Shown: positions 12,900 to 25,947 of the stretch, one piece after another
Layout of the letters: each line of letters begins with the position of its first letter
Position numbering within the stretch: the stretch's first letter is position 1
From: Octopus vulgaris
Lineage: Eukaryota
NCBI GenBank assembly: GCA_951406725.2
Contig: OX597823.1
Coordinates: forward strand, 70,804,001 to 70,868,000
DNA: 64,000 nucleotides
Direction: 5' to 3'
The notes under the pieces: generated by a model
The model's database searches: none
What the model saw: only the letters and a program-made list of their open reading frames with translations
What the model was told of the DNA's origin: nothing
Position numbers and translations under genes: made by a program

Positions 12900-13530
12900 C
12901 GCTATGCAAATCACATATTTTCCTTCCGACACAGGGACAAAAGCAAAGTTACTAAGTTGTTTTTCCACGTATGGAATTTGAAACCGGACGCAACACACCA
13001 CATACAATAAAATGGAAAATAGTTTTAAAAATCCACAAAAAAAATGTAAGTTATGCATAGCTGAAAGAACTCTGATCTTTTTCAGATCTAAGTATTCTAA
13101 TCCAATGCTGAACTTTAGATCCGAAATTCTCAGCGGTGTAAACAGATGCCAAAGCTCTCGTTGGTGAATTGGGAAGTACTTCCCCGCGGGATCAATAACT
13201 GTACCATAAGTTCTAAGCCACTATCTTTTCAAACTTGTAATTTACGGTCTAAGAGGAAAAAAAAAAACTCTTGTCCAGCTTGTGCTTTTTCTACCTGATT
13301 ACTTTTTCGTTTTTCGCTTTTTCAACCATCCACTTTTTATATATACTTCCTTCTCGCCTTTTCTCGCTTTTTCTCACTTTATCTTTCGCTCCATTTTTAG
13401 TTTGTTATGCCATGTGGGCAGTGTCTGATGACAGTGCTGGAACACCAGACATGTTATAAAACAATGTTTGGCCTGTTTTCAGCACATGAAACTAATAGCA
13501 GCACATAAACATGTATTGTGTTTATTAAAT
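12900..13530 (+). pseudogene. Penelope-like element 3' end: GIY-YIG C-terminal relic plus 3' UTR
   Basis: HVWNLK...IKWKIV...KCKLCIAE..LI...MLNFRSEILS resembles the PLE endonuclease tail (IW.LK...IKW.I...C.LC..EK..I...LLN.RSE). Confidence 0.7.
13421..13505 (+). ncRNA. Hammerhead-like motif with extended stem II in the Penelope 3' UTR
   Basis: gtgt-CTGATGA-ca-GTGCTGGAACA...TGTTTTCAGCAC-at-GAAA-CTAATAG-c-agcac. Confidence 0.55.
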
Positions 13531-13634
13531 AGTACTGATCTCTCACCAGATGGAGTACTTTTCTGTTGATCTTACCATCACAGAATAGTACACCGTATGT
13601 ATACACACACACGCACACGCACACACACGCACAC

Positions 13635-13694
<60 letters not shown>

Positions 13695-13736
13695 ATAGGT
13701 GTGGCTGCGTGGAGGTGCAGGCGTGTCTGTTTGCAG

Positions 13737-13839
13737 GCACAGGCGTGGCTGTTTGTAGGTGCAGGCGTGGCTGTGTTGTAAGGGCCGACCAAAACCTTGC
13801 GAGTGGATTTGATGAATGGAAACTGAAGGAAGCCCGTCG

Positions 13840-13870
<31 letters not shown>

Positions 13871-14085
13871 GTTTATGCGTGTGTGTCTTTATGCCTATGT
13901 TTGTTCCCGCACCATCACTTGACAATGGATGTTGGTGTCTTTACGTCTCCGTAGCTTAACGGTTCGACAGCATAGACCGATAGAATAAGTACCAGATTTG
14001 CAATGACTAAGTCCTAGGGTCCATTGCGCCGACTAAAATAAACACCCTCCCTTTAAGATGGTGATTCAACATGGCCGCAGTGATG
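13737..14085 (+). mobile_element. SINE family A with reiterated head
   Basis: Repeated caggcgtggctgt heads followed by the family A body and tail. Confidence 0.75.
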
Positions 14086-14099
14086 ATGTATGTATATAT

Positions 14100-14264
14100 T
14101 CTCTCTTTTTGTTTATTCTCTGTCTGTTTACTTTCTCGTGTTCTTTTCTGTTGAAGAGCGTAGGCTCAAAACGTAAAAGACTTTCTCATCTTCCTCAGCG
14201 TTAAACTAATACATCTGTTTGTTGTTTACACACATGTCTTCGTCGTTTGTTTTCTGTAAATTCC

Positions 14265-14268
<4 letters not shown>
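14100..14268 (+). mobile_element. Short pLTR-like unit (HHR family 2, CUGUUGA core)
   Basis: tctttt-CTGTTGA-A-GAGCGTAGGCTC-AAAA-CGT-A-AAAGA; homologous to 39100-39290 (-). Confidence 0.6.
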
Positions 14269-14322
<54 letters not shown>

Positions 14323-14671
14323 CAAATCGACTCCAAAACCTATTCTTTGTAAGCCTAGTACTTATTCCATCGGCCTCTTTTGCCGAACCGCTACTTTACG
14401 GGGACATAAACACACCGACATCACTTGTCAGGTGATGGTTGAGGGACAAACACAGACACACAAATACATACATACATACATACATACACACATAATTATA
14501 TATAATTATATTAGCATGACCTGTGCCTTTCCAGTGCACATGATAAAACCTTCTCAACAAACACACACACATGTAAACACATTCGTTGATGTAACTTTCT
14601 CACCTATATATATACATATATATATGTGTGTGTGTGTGTGTTTGTGTGTATTTCATATACAATTAAAATAT

Positions 14672-15069
14672 TCTTTTCTACTCTAGGCACAAGGCCCGAA
14701 ATTATGGTGGAAGGGGCCAATCGATTAGATCGACCCCAGTACGCAACTGGTACTTAATTTATCGACCCCGAAAGGATGAAAGGCAAAGTCGATCTCGGCA
14801 GAATTTGAACTGAGAACGTGAAGACAGATGAAATACCTATTTCTTTATTACCCATAATGGGCTAAACACAGAGAGGACAAACAAGGACAGACAAACGGAT
14901 TAAGTCGATTACATCGACCCCAGTGCGTAATTGGTACTTAATTTATCGACCCCGAAAGGATGAAAGGCAAAGTCGACCTCGGCGGAATTTGAACTCAGAA
15001 CGTAACGGCAGACGAAACACCGCTAAGCATTTCGTCCGGCATGCTAACGATTCTGCCAGGTCGCCGCCT
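14672..15069 (-). mobile_element. SINE family B, two-unit form
   Basis: Two tandem copies of atcgaccccgaaaggatgaaaggcaaagtcga. Confidence 0.85.
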
Positions 15070-15565
15070 TATGCAAATAAAATATTACATCACCGGATCG
15101 GCGTAGCACAGTAAAGTGCTGTCAACTATCAACCCGCATAAGGGGTTGGGGAATTAGTGTTAATCAGTTACAGCACTCACATTGTAAGTATTTCGTATTT
15201 CGATTGTATACATACAAATGTTTATTTGCTGGATTACCACAGAAATTTTGGAATTGGTCAGTCTGTGTCTAAGGATATTGCGAAATGTTTCTGTTTAAAG
15301 AATGCTTAATAATTTTGTATGTGACATTAAGGAAACCAAAGAAATTTTATGTTATGTAAATCAATTTAGAATTAAATGTTCTAAAAACATCACAGAGAAC
15401 GGTTTTAGTAATCGTTGGGAAAAATGGTTCTTTCTCACGAGAATTATTAACTGTGCACACTTAGAATTAGATCTCACTAGCAAACTCCGATAAAACAATC
15501 TGAGTCTACGCAAACTTGGAAACAACATTCCTGAAATCCATCATTATTATCCTGTTCAGCCTAAG

Positions 15566-15960
15566 GAGGAGAGCTGGCAGAATCGTTAGCACACTGGGAG
15601 AAATACTTAGCGGTAGTTCTTCTGCCGCTACATTCTGAGTTCTAATTCCGCCGTGGTCGATTCTGCCTTTCATCCTTTCAGGGTCGATTAAATAAGTACC
15701 AGTTACGCACTGGGGTCGGTATAATCGTCTTATACCGTTTGTCTGTCCTTGTTTGTCCCCTCTGTGTGTAGGCCCTTGTGGGCAGTAAAGAAATAGGTAT
15801 TTCTTCTGCTTCTACGTTCTGAGTTCAAATTCCACCGAAGTCAACTTTTCTATTGGGAGTTGATAAATTAAATACCAGTGAAACACTGGGGATCGATATA
15901 ATCGATTACCCCCCGCCCACAAATTTCAGGCCTTGTGATTATTGTAGAAAGGATCATTAT
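15566..15960 (+). mobile_element. SINE family B, two-unit form
   Basis: gagctggcagaatcgttagc head and two internal units. Confidence 0.8.
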
Positions 15961-16399
15961 CCTGTTCGGTCTGCACAGGTTCCTTAATGTCCGTTTTCAT
16001 TTTGTTCTTGGGTATTCTAATGATACATTTGCAAACAAGACAACGCCAATACTTAGACAAAATGCAAACAACTCTTCAACTAACAGACAGAAACCTTATC
16101 CATTTTGCCACCACTTAAGAAACTGCAAGCCAACTGCATTGTAACATTTTATCAACATTTACTCAATCCTCAAATATACCATATATTGATTAAAAAACAC
16201 TAAAGAACTATTTGTTCTGGTGCTGCGATTAGAAATACTGTTCATATTACTAACAGCTGGAATTGAAATATTTGTTTATGTTTGTTATCATGTTTACTTG
16301 AATTACGATTCTCTTGAAATCGCTTGCACTATAGAGATTCTTAACTGATCGTAATTTCTTAAATTGCCCAGCTGGATTCTTAAGTATGAATGTGCGGTT

Positions 16400-17460
16400 T
16401 ATTATGGAAAGAAATTAAATACAGAAACAAACACATATATGAAATAAAATTATTGGACATCCATCTTTTATCCGGGAAACAAGACCCGGATAAAAGATGG
16501 ATGTGGTGACTAAAAAAAAAAAGCGACCGGAAACCTAAATCAGAGGCCTTGCTATGTGGAGCACAGGAACAAGCGTTGAGAGCAAGAATTGACCTTTCCG
16601 CTGAATTTGACACAAGCAGAATGTGTGATGAAATTGGAGAGACAGTGTTGTAAACTTAATGCGAATGCAGCAAATTGGCCCAGAGAGACTACAAGAGAAA
16701 GCACGTCAATGTCACCAGAATGGTCCACTTGGAACTATGTAACAAGTATGGATTGGAAAAGGCAAGAAAATTATGTGAATATGAGGTAAAGGATGTGACA
16801 GATAAATGACAGAGCAAATATAGTTTAGGGCTTTATGATAAATTGTGATCACTGAGCCGATATCAGAAACCCGACATTGTGCTGGTAGATAAGGGAGAAA
16901 AATCGTGTATGACATTGCTTATCCTGGTGAAATCCGAATCGCCGAAAAAGAAGGAAAAAACTAACGAGATAAGAAACCCTGACGAAAGAAATAAAAAAGC
17001 TATAGGCATTAAAAAATATATATGTTATGTCAATAACTGTCGGTTCCCGAGGTACCGTGGGCAAAAACCTTGAAAAGTGGTTGGAAAAGATAGCCATAAA
17101 AATATAAGTAGGGCACATCCAGAAAATAAAGAGTTTCCGCAATATCTCCGAAAGTTGTAAAGAACATAGTCCACCTTAGGTCACGTGAAGTGAACAGCTG
17201 ACAGATTAATGATACATCCAGCTACAAGCGGATGATGCCGCATTTAATAATAGAAATAATAACAGCAACAACAACAATAATGATGATGATGACCTGGTCT
17301 TTCATCTCACGTTTTTCTTTAAGTATGCTACTATTAAAGCAAATGTGGGTTACAACATAGGTAGAGAGAGGTTCAACCATGTCCTGTTTATGAATAACCT
17401 ACAGCTGTGTACAGAAAACACTGAGAGGATCTTCATTATTGCCAAGCAGCTTATCAAATG
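16400..17460 (+). pseudogene. R4/Dong-like LINE relic (Zn-knuckle and restriction-like endonuclease) followed by an (AAT)-rich tail and an RT fragment
   Basis: EALLCGAQEQALR, RMCDE..ETV, KLAQRDYKRKH, VHLELCNKYG, KPDIVLVDK, VG..GTV.KNLEKWL. At 17375 NHVLFMNNLQL resembles NHLLFMDDLKL. Confidence 0.75.
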
Positions 17461-19556
17461 CATTAAGACTCAGAGAAGTGCAAAGACAATGACAATGGCA
17501 ACACCTACAAAAGCAATGATGTATGTCATTCGTGTAGAGTATTTTCCGAAACAACACACCGCATTAAATCTGGTCATCCTATACTTGCAATGACAAAATA
17601 TATTTAGGTGCACAATAACGTAGCCTATCTGATCTGATCACTAAATTCCTAGTGTTTGAAGAAATACTTTCTGGTAAGCATGTGTATTTCTATATTAAAC
17701 AATGCGAATGCGATATTACTGTGAAGCATTAGTGTACAGAAAGACCTCAGCCAGATAGCACCTCAAATGACTAGCGCCATTCTCCACGAGAAAAGTGGCA
17801 ATAACTTATTTATTATCCATATAACAATAACAAGTTCTAATATCGAGCAGCTGTGAACTGACAGGCTAAGAAATTACATCGAACTAGATGTTGAATTATA
17901 AATATGGCTGCAGTAAAGGAATATGTTGATTACCCTATTTGTAATTGGCCCAACTGTAGACGTACACAGCAATTTCTGTAAGGATTTTGATAAATTGCTT
18001 CTGTGAATTGGCAGAAGCATTTCTACGTTAACTTTGAAAATTCCTCTGCATTTTCCCAAATTGTACCAAATTCCTGCTTCATGAATGTAAATTTATATTT
18101 CAGTTTTCAAACCATGATTAATAAAAGTAATATTAAAAGTAAAAGTAATAATAATACTAATAAAAATAATTAATAATAATGTGAGACTGACCAGAGCTGA
18201 ATAACAACTTGGATGTGAAAACGCTGCTCTGAGTAAAAACTGGAATAATTCCAATAATATCAGCAGAACCTTAACCAAAATTACCAATAAAACGTAGAAA
18301 GTGATGGATGAGAATTCTTTTGAGAGTAGAACTGGCATTCTATACCTTAGATGTGTTTATTACATACAAAAATATTTTTCTCAATAATATTCAAATTTTG
18401 TGGGTAAAATGGAACAAATGAACAGCCGAAATAAACAAAATAAATTGAAACAAAATTTTAAAACAAGCAAAATGATAATAAAAAGAAAGCGAAACAATTC
18501 CATTAAGTTCAATTGCAACTTATATCTTACATGAAATTATTACGCAGAAAACATATTATTTCCATAAAATGTTAAGTCTACCATAATACAAAACAAGTGA
18601 GAATTTGGACGAATCACTTTTCAATATAAACAAAATCAATACAAACTAAAAAAAATCCATTGTTATATAAAAAGAAACTAAATATAACCATTAATACATT
18701 AAACGAACGAAAACACAGCCGGCCGAATCAGGAGGTATAATGAATTTGGAACATCAGTTCTAATTCAAGCTGGATATAAAAATGATGTCCTTTTAACAAG
18801 CATTAACTTCGAACAAAGATAACTTTCTTTCATTGCAAAGTAAAAGTAAAAAAAGAAAAAAAAAAAAAAAAGAAGTAAAAAAAGACGACTACATTGAGAT
18901 GTTATATTTGTTTTGCACAGCATTACAATATCCAGTTCTGATAAGCACTATAAAAGAGGCAAATGAGTTACAGAGAAGTAAAGAAAATAGAGAATTCAGG
19001 AAAAATATGATTGAGAATCCTTATAGAGATCAAACATTGAAATAGAACAGACGCTTACACATAAAACATAATCTACTACAAATCAATTAAGGATCTCTCA
19101 GTACAATAATACTGCAGAACTAATACCACAAGAGACAAAATAAGCATTACAGCAAATCCAAACCAGACGGAGAAAACAAAATAAAAACCATAGAAATTTC
19201 TATGGAAATATTTAACTGACTACATAACCACAAGGAAATATAAACCCAACTCACACTTAAATAGTATATAAACACACATCGCAACATAATAGCCTGAGTT
19301 AAAATTTAAGAGGGCCTAAAAGAAAGAACAAAGCGAACAAACAGCCATAACGACATTGACGAAAATGACTCAGCGTAAACGTCTGCTCAATCTACATGCA
19401 GGAATAAATAAATGTAACCGGGTCCTGCAAGAATTTTTATCCATTGTAACAAGCTCTTCGAACATCGATAGACTGAGTATATTTAGTTAGTGATAGTAGT
19501 AGTAACAAGGGAGACCGAATGTGGAACCAAAATAGTGAGACCTAACGTATCTAAAG

Positions 19557-19953
19557 GCGGCGAGCTGGCAGAAACGTTAGCACGCCGGGTAAATTGCTTA
19601 GCGGTAATTCGTTTGCCGTTACGTTCTGAGTTCAAATTCCGCCGAGGTCGACTTTGCCTTTCATCCTTTCTGGATCGATTAAATAAGTATCAGTTACGCA
19701 CTGGAATCGATTTAATCGACTTAATCCGTTTGTCTGTCCTTGTTTGTCCTCTCTGCGTTTAGCCCCTTGTGGGTAGTAAAGAAATAGGTATTTCGTCCGT
19801 TTTTATGTTCTACGTTTAAATTCCGCCGTGCTCAACTTTGCCTTTCATCCTTTCGGAGTCGATGGAGTAAGTACCAGTTACGCATAGAGGTCGATGAAAT
19901 CGACTATCCCCTCACCCAGATTGCACGCCTTATGACTATAGTAGAAAGGATTA
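19557..19953 (+). mobile_element. SINE family B, two-unit form
   Basis: GGCGGCGAGCTGGCAGAAACGTTAGC head. Confidence 0.85.
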
Positions 19954-20441
19954 TTATTTTACTTTTTGTAATTACAAGTTGTTGTCAGTTGGGTATTTCA
20001 TGATATTGAGAAGTTTGTGTTAGTTAGTTGGTATTCTTAACAATGGAAGGTAATATTAAGAGGAAAGTGTTATCTTTAAATACATTCCTTTATTGTTTCC
20101 CATCTAAAGGAGAGATATAACAGGAGTGTTATATTGTCGTCTGCCTGAAAAAACAAGCGGGGAGTAACATATCAACATAAAAACTTATTGACAACAAGAT
20201 TAACAAATGAAGTGGGAGGAAGGGAAAACAGAGTTGGTGGCAACGGAATTGCTGAAGGCAACAAAGATGTTTTTATAGGAAAACTGGTTGAGTGATTTGA
20301 AATATTTTTTAAAGTTTTTCTCTCACTACACATTTTGTGAAAGTAAATTCTATTTCGTGCATACCTTAAGATCAATATATAGGCTTGCTTCTTTTAACGT
20401 GATAGGGAGGATATGTCATGTGACTATTGTAATGAAATTTT

Positions 20442-20842
20442 CAGGAGTGGTTGTGTGGTAAGTAGCTTGCTTACCAATCACATGGTTCTGGGTTCAGTCC
20501 CACTGCATAGCACCTTGGGCAAGTGTCTTCTACTATAGCCTCGGGCCGACCAAAGCCTGTGAGTGGATTTGATAGACGGAAACTGAAAGAAGCCCGTCGT
20601 ATATATGTATATATATGTATGTGTGTGTATATGTGTGTATATATTTGTGTGTCTGTGTTTGTGCCTCACATCGCTTGACAACCGATGCTGGCGTGTTTAC
20701 GTCCCCGTAACTTATCAATTTGGCAAAAAAGACCGATAGAATAAGTAATGGGCTTACAAAGAATAAGTCCTGGGGTCGATTTGCTCGACTAAAAGCGGTG
20801 CTCCAGCATGGCCACCGTCAAATGACTGAGGGAAGTAAAAGA
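20442..20842 (+). mobile_element. SINE family A, near full length
   Basis: Head, CORE-like body, internal (TA/TG)n and tail ending gtaaaagag. Confidence 0.88.
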
Positions 20843-21299
20843 GTCAAAAACAAAAGAGTAATTCGAAATGGAATTTAATAGACATTCTTCAGTGGACAAT
20901 ATATTTATACCCCTGTGATAAAACATAACGACAATTATATTTGCATATAATTATAGGTAAGTTTTGTCAAGGTTGTAATTTGCGTATACATATTATTTTG
21001 GGTATAAGTTTAGAGAGCAAAAGAGGGATTTGGCATTATATAGTTGCTGCACACAGTGCAATGGCTGAAAAGTAAAAGAAATGCTATGCCATTGGCACTT
21101 CCTATAGTTTGGCGTGAGGTCAGAAGCCACTATAAAAGGCTGTTATTTTATATGAAAAAGAAGCTAGTTTCATAAAGAAAATACATCAATGATGAACTCC
21201 TGAAACTACAAATCCCGCTTAAAATCAGTACTACAGCATGACAATGCATATCAACAGTCAGTTGCAACTACAACGATTAAAGACAACGCAGACAAATTC

Positions 21300-21720
21300 T
21301 GAAAATTTAGATAGTGAAGAGTTTTTTTCTCATCTGCTAAGACACATTCACTTAAATGACATTTTCGCGGACTATTTGGAAAAAAAATGAAGTTACGTGG
21401 GTCCAGGCTTTTCGAATGGAATCTTCTTCAGCCAAATATACACACTTCTTTTATTTTCGTTTCATTTTTATCATGCAAGGTGTCCCAAAAGTCACTGATG
21501 GGTTTCAATTTTTTCAAACTTGAGGATGTTATGGTGCAAGTTTTGGAAAGAGCACAGTTAAGCGATGTCATTTTTCATATGTGATGTAAAGGTGTTCCAA
21601 TATTTGACAAGCAAGAGGCACATGCTGGATTTGCCTCGTACTTATATGTTTAATCTAGGAGTACCTGTTGATGAAGACTTCGCCTAGCAAATATTTTATT
21701 TGCTAAAAAATGTCAGAAAC
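21300..21720. pseudogene. Possible piggyBac transposase fragments
   Basis: Plus-strand HLLRHIHLND (~21330) resembles the piggyBac motif ILR.LH.NDN; a Cys-rich remnant lies on the minus strand. Weak. Confidence 0.3.
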
Positions 21721-21989
21721 CATGGTCCAGGAAATAGATGGTAAATGTTTTTATTTTTCATTCCCTTCGAGGTTTTATTCCTAATAGTGGTTTAGACTTT
21801 AGCTGTTCTTTCTAGCGTGCAAGGAATCCTATTACGGATACCTCTTATGTGTTTAAATGTACACTGTATTTATATGAATAACATATATTCTATTGACTAA
21901 TTTTTCACGCAAGGCGATTGGTAGTAAAAAATTTCTAAAATCTTTATTACCTTGATATTATATATCTATATATATAGAAACACTTTAAT

Positions 21990-22385
21990 GTTTTTCTGTT
22001 ATTAGATTAAAGCCATGCTGAGGTACTGCCTTGAAGAGTTTATAGTTGAATGTTTTGACCCCAGTACTTACTTTTTATAAGCCTGGTACTTATTCTATCG
22101 CTCTCATTTATCGAACTGCTAATTTACGGGGACATAAACTCATTAGCACCAGTTGTCAAGCGGTGGTGGGGGGACCAATACAGACACACACACACGCACA
22201 CACATACACACACACACACACACATTTATACGATGGACTTTCATTTTCCATCTAAATCCACTCACAAGGATTTGTTCAGCTCGAGGCTATAGTAGAAGAC
22301 ACTTGCCCAAAGTGTCACACAGTGGGACTGAACCCTAAATTATGTGGTTCGGAAGCAAATTCCTTACCACACACTCACGTCTACA

Positions 22386-22390
<5 letters not shown>
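21990..22390 (-). mobile_element. SINE family A, decayed
   Basis: gctatagtagaagacacttgccca...cttaccacac. Confidence 0.75.
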
Positions 22391-22427
<37 letters not shown>

Positions 22428-22767
22428 CATACATACATACATACATACATACATACATACATACATACATACATACATACATACATACATAAATATGTAT
22501 ATATGCCTCGCCTGTCTATGACTTTCATTTGTCTTCGCACTCGGCTTTTTGAGAAAGTCAACTCCACCGTGATATTTTTTCTATACTTTGCATTGTGGAT
22601 CCCTTTTTGAACGACCAAATATGATATTTTATATGTAAAAGTATGTGCATGCGTGTATTCGTGTGTGTCTGCGTGTGTGTGTTTGCGTGTGTATGTGTGT
22701 GCGTGCATGCGTGTGTATGTGTGTGTATATGCTTGCATCTGATTAAACATACGTGTGCGTGCCTGTA

Positions 22768-22816
<49 letters not shown>

Positions 22817-23711
22817 CTGTGTGTGCTGTGTGTGTGTGTGTGTGAAAGTGGATCTATATGTAGGTGTAACTGAAATAAATAACTCATAGATCGTTCCTTT
22901 TATGCTGCTATAAATGTCCATTCTGTATGGACCAATGGATGTCAATGAATTCCTCGGCGTCAAATGACATCAAATAACCCACTTTTATTATTTCCTCTAT
23001 CTTATAGATCTGTAATTGTAAATTAGATTTCCTTCCTGTCTTTGTTCCAGTCTGTTTTTGGTTGTCATTTCCTTAACACTTTAGTATTATGTCGGTAACT
23101 ATAACCATGATTACACTTGCTTAGTAATTACCAGATTGCTTCACAGGTCTTTCTTAACTGTTTTAAATAATGCCCGACGAGCAAGGAACATTACACAATG
23201 TATGACATAAGCCATAATATTGTATTATGATTACACCGAATCAAAATTACCAGCGAAACAACTGTTGTAAAGTCTAAAATCATTCGTTTATTTCTAACTG
23301 TTATTGCTTCACGCCACTCCAAGCCTTGTATTATCTGATAAACAACTGGAATTGCTAATTACAAGTTTACAGTGGCTGGTCTTCATCTCTGCTTATAAAC
23401 TGCGTAATTCTGTCTACCCAATCGGTGGCGTGCTACAAATTGATATGCCTTGATTCTTTATGAATCCTATATAAATACATACAAGCATGCAAGCATGCAT
23501 ACATACATACATACATACATACATATACATATACATACATACATACATACATACATACATACATACACACATACATACATACATACATATATACATACAT
23601 ATATACATACATACATACATACATACACACACATACATACATACATACATACATACATACATACATACATACATACATACATACACATACATACATACAT
23701 ACATATATACA

Positions 23712-23745
<34 letters not shown>

Positions 23746-24104
23746 CATACATACACACACATATATATAACAAGAGTAAAATGTTGCACGGAAAGACGAC
23801 AAAGGAACACATGGAAGACACGAAAAGACACACAAAAGACGTGAACACATTAATTTCTTTACAATTACGCTCCGTTATCAATAAGATTGTGATTGTTCGC
23901 TTTAGTAGCGTCAGCTGCAAAACGCTACTGGTGTGAGTGAGCGGTTATGTAAAGGATAGGATGCGACGAGTATATAGAAAACGAAAAAGGAAGGACATTA
24001 ACAAAGCATAAAAAAATAATAAACGACACAAGTGTTATATATGGCCTGGGCCAATCATGGCCGAAACCTATCAAAGTTTATCAAAGTTTATATATATATA
24101 TATA

Positions 24105-24458
24105 TAATAAATATTAAGGAATAAATCCAAATTTACAGGGAAAAATCAGATTTAGGATTGAATCCAATTTTATAGTAAAATATTATATAATATTAATTAG
24201 AGACAAAACCACTATTATGCAAATCAAACAAAGAAAGACTTAATCCAATACATAAAAAATTTTATATAAATTAAATAAAATTAAGTTATCCACTACAATT
24301 GTTTCTTGTCACTTCTAAGGACATTCATCAGGTGGTTTCAAGACCTTCTATTCAATTTTAAATAATGAAGTAAGTTTATTTAATTTATATAATTTTTTTT
24401 TACGTATTGGATTAAGTCTTTCTTTGTTTGATTTGCATAATAGTGGTTTTGTCTCTAA

Positions 24459-24470
<12 letters not shown>
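24105..24470 (-). mobile_element. Fold-back element: ~100-bp near-perfect inverted arms (24184-24284 / 24371-24470) around a hammerhead, plus a one-sided tail
   Basis: tataatattaattagagacaaaaccactattatgcaaatcaaacaaagaaagacttaatccaatac and its reverse complement; (TA)n on both sides. Confidence 0.85.
24290..24335 (-). ncRNA. Type I hammerhead ribozyme motif, intact core
   Basis: Minus strand CCAC-CTGATGA-A-TGTC-cttagaagt-GACA-A-GAAA-CAATTG-TA-GTGG; GUA cleavage triplet; palindromic stem III ACAATTGT. Confidence 0.75.
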
Positions 24471-24499
<29 letters not shown>

Positions 24500-24502
<3 letters not shown>

Positions 24503-24691
24503 CGTTTTTGGACTTCATTTGCAAGATTCTTTATATGAGTTCGTGTGTTGAAGCATATTCTGTTGTGTCTGGGGAGAGTCATTTTCTTTTTGTGCCGTAT
24601 AATGTAAGAAATAAGTGGAAATTTTACCGGTGAGTGTGTTATATTATAAGGCACAGAAAAAAATGACTCTCCCCAGACACAACAGTATATG
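24500..24691. repeat. Fold-back element (arms 24554-24607 / 24639-24691) with a one-sided tail
   Basis: ctgttgtgtctggggagagtcatttt / aaaatgactctccccagacacaacag. Confidence 0.85.
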
Positions 24692-24707
24692 TATATATAT
24701 TTATATA

Positions 24708-24765
<58 letters not shown>

Positions 24766-24767
24766 CT

Positions 24768-25165
24768 TTTATTCTTTTACTTGTTTCAGTCATTTGACGG
24801 CAGCCATGCTGGAGCACCGCCTCGAAGGGTTTTAGCCGAACAAATCGACTACAGGCCTTATTTTTTAAAGCCTAGTACTTATTCTATCAGGCTATTTTGC
24901 CGAACCGCTATGTTACAGATACGTAAAGACCCACACCGGTTGGCAAGCAGTGGGGGAGAGCAGGGACAAACAGACACGAAGACAACTCCCCCACACACAC
25001 ATATACGACGAGCGTCTTGCAGTTTCCATCTATCAAATCTACTCACAAGGCTTTGGTCGACCCGAGGCTATTGTAGAAGGCAGTTGCCCAAGGTGCCACG
25101 CAATGGGACTGAACCCAGAACCATGTAGTTGGAAAGCAAGCTCCTTACCACACACCCACGCCTGC
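24768..25165 (-). mobile_element. SINE family A
   Basis: Reverse complement of the family A consensus. Confidence 0.85.
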
Positions 25166-25168
25166 ACA

Positions 25169-25199
<31 letters not shown>

Positions 25200-25217
25200 T
25201 CTTTTTTTTTTTATTAT

Positions 25218-25617
25218 TTTACTTGTTTCAGTCATTTGACTGCGGCCATGCTGGAGCACCGCCTTTAGTCGAGCAAATCGACCCCGGGACTTATTCTTTG
25301 TAAGCCCACTACTTATTCTATCGGTCTCTTTTGCCGAACCGCTAAGTGACGGGGACGTAAACACACCAGCATCGGTTGTCAAGCAATGCTAGGGGGACAA
25401 ACACAGACACACAAACATATACACACACACTTATATATATATATACATATATACGACAGGCTTCTTTCAGTTTCCGTCTACCAATTCCACTCACAAGGCA
25501 TTGGTCGGCCCGTGGCTATAGCAGAAGACACTTGCCCAAGATGCCACGCAGTGGGACTGAACTCGGAACCATGTGGTTGGTTAGCAAGCTACTTACCATA
25601 CAGCCACTCCTGCGCCT
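25218..25617 (-). mobile_element. SINE family A, well preserved
   Basis: Ends cagccactcctgcgcc. Confidence 0.9.
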
Positions 25618-25779
25618 ATATATATCTTTTATATTTGTTTACGTGAAACGTTTTGAACATGCAAATAAAGCTCTATTCCATTATGCCGGCCACACTCTAA
25701 TGATGCTGACTGCTGAATCAGTTTTGGGGTGTTGCATTGAGATGTACCAATATAATGAAGAATCACTCTAATAATAATG

Positions 25780-25818
<39 letters not shown>

Positions 25819-25832
25819 TTAATAATAGTAAT

Positions 25833-25947
25833 CCTTGAATGGAATTTATAAGCATTTAATGAGTCGCTACGCGCGTTTCTTAAGAGAGTGCAATTTGCGA
25901 TAACGCGCGTAGTGATGCATTAAATATTTTATAAATTCCATCGAAGG
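25833..25947. repeat. Fold-back (45-bp arms) containing the HHR-like stem III palindrome ACGCGCGT
   Basis: ccttgaatggaatttataagcatttaatgagtcgctacgcgcgtt / aacgcgcgtagtgatgcattaaatattttataaattccatcgaagg. Confidence 0.75.

Noticed and set aside
15243-15309. Possible terminal exon (NFGIGQSVSKDIAKCFCLKNA*)
   Set aside because: No supportable upstream exon, and two frames are equally plausible.
18833-19350. Possible Hero-like LINE fragment (REFRKNMIENPYR)
   Set aside because: Similarity rests on one short motif; not enough to annotate.
24044-24075. GGCC-aatcat-GGCC-GAAA half motif
   Set aside because: The 5' core is absent; too fragmentary to call.
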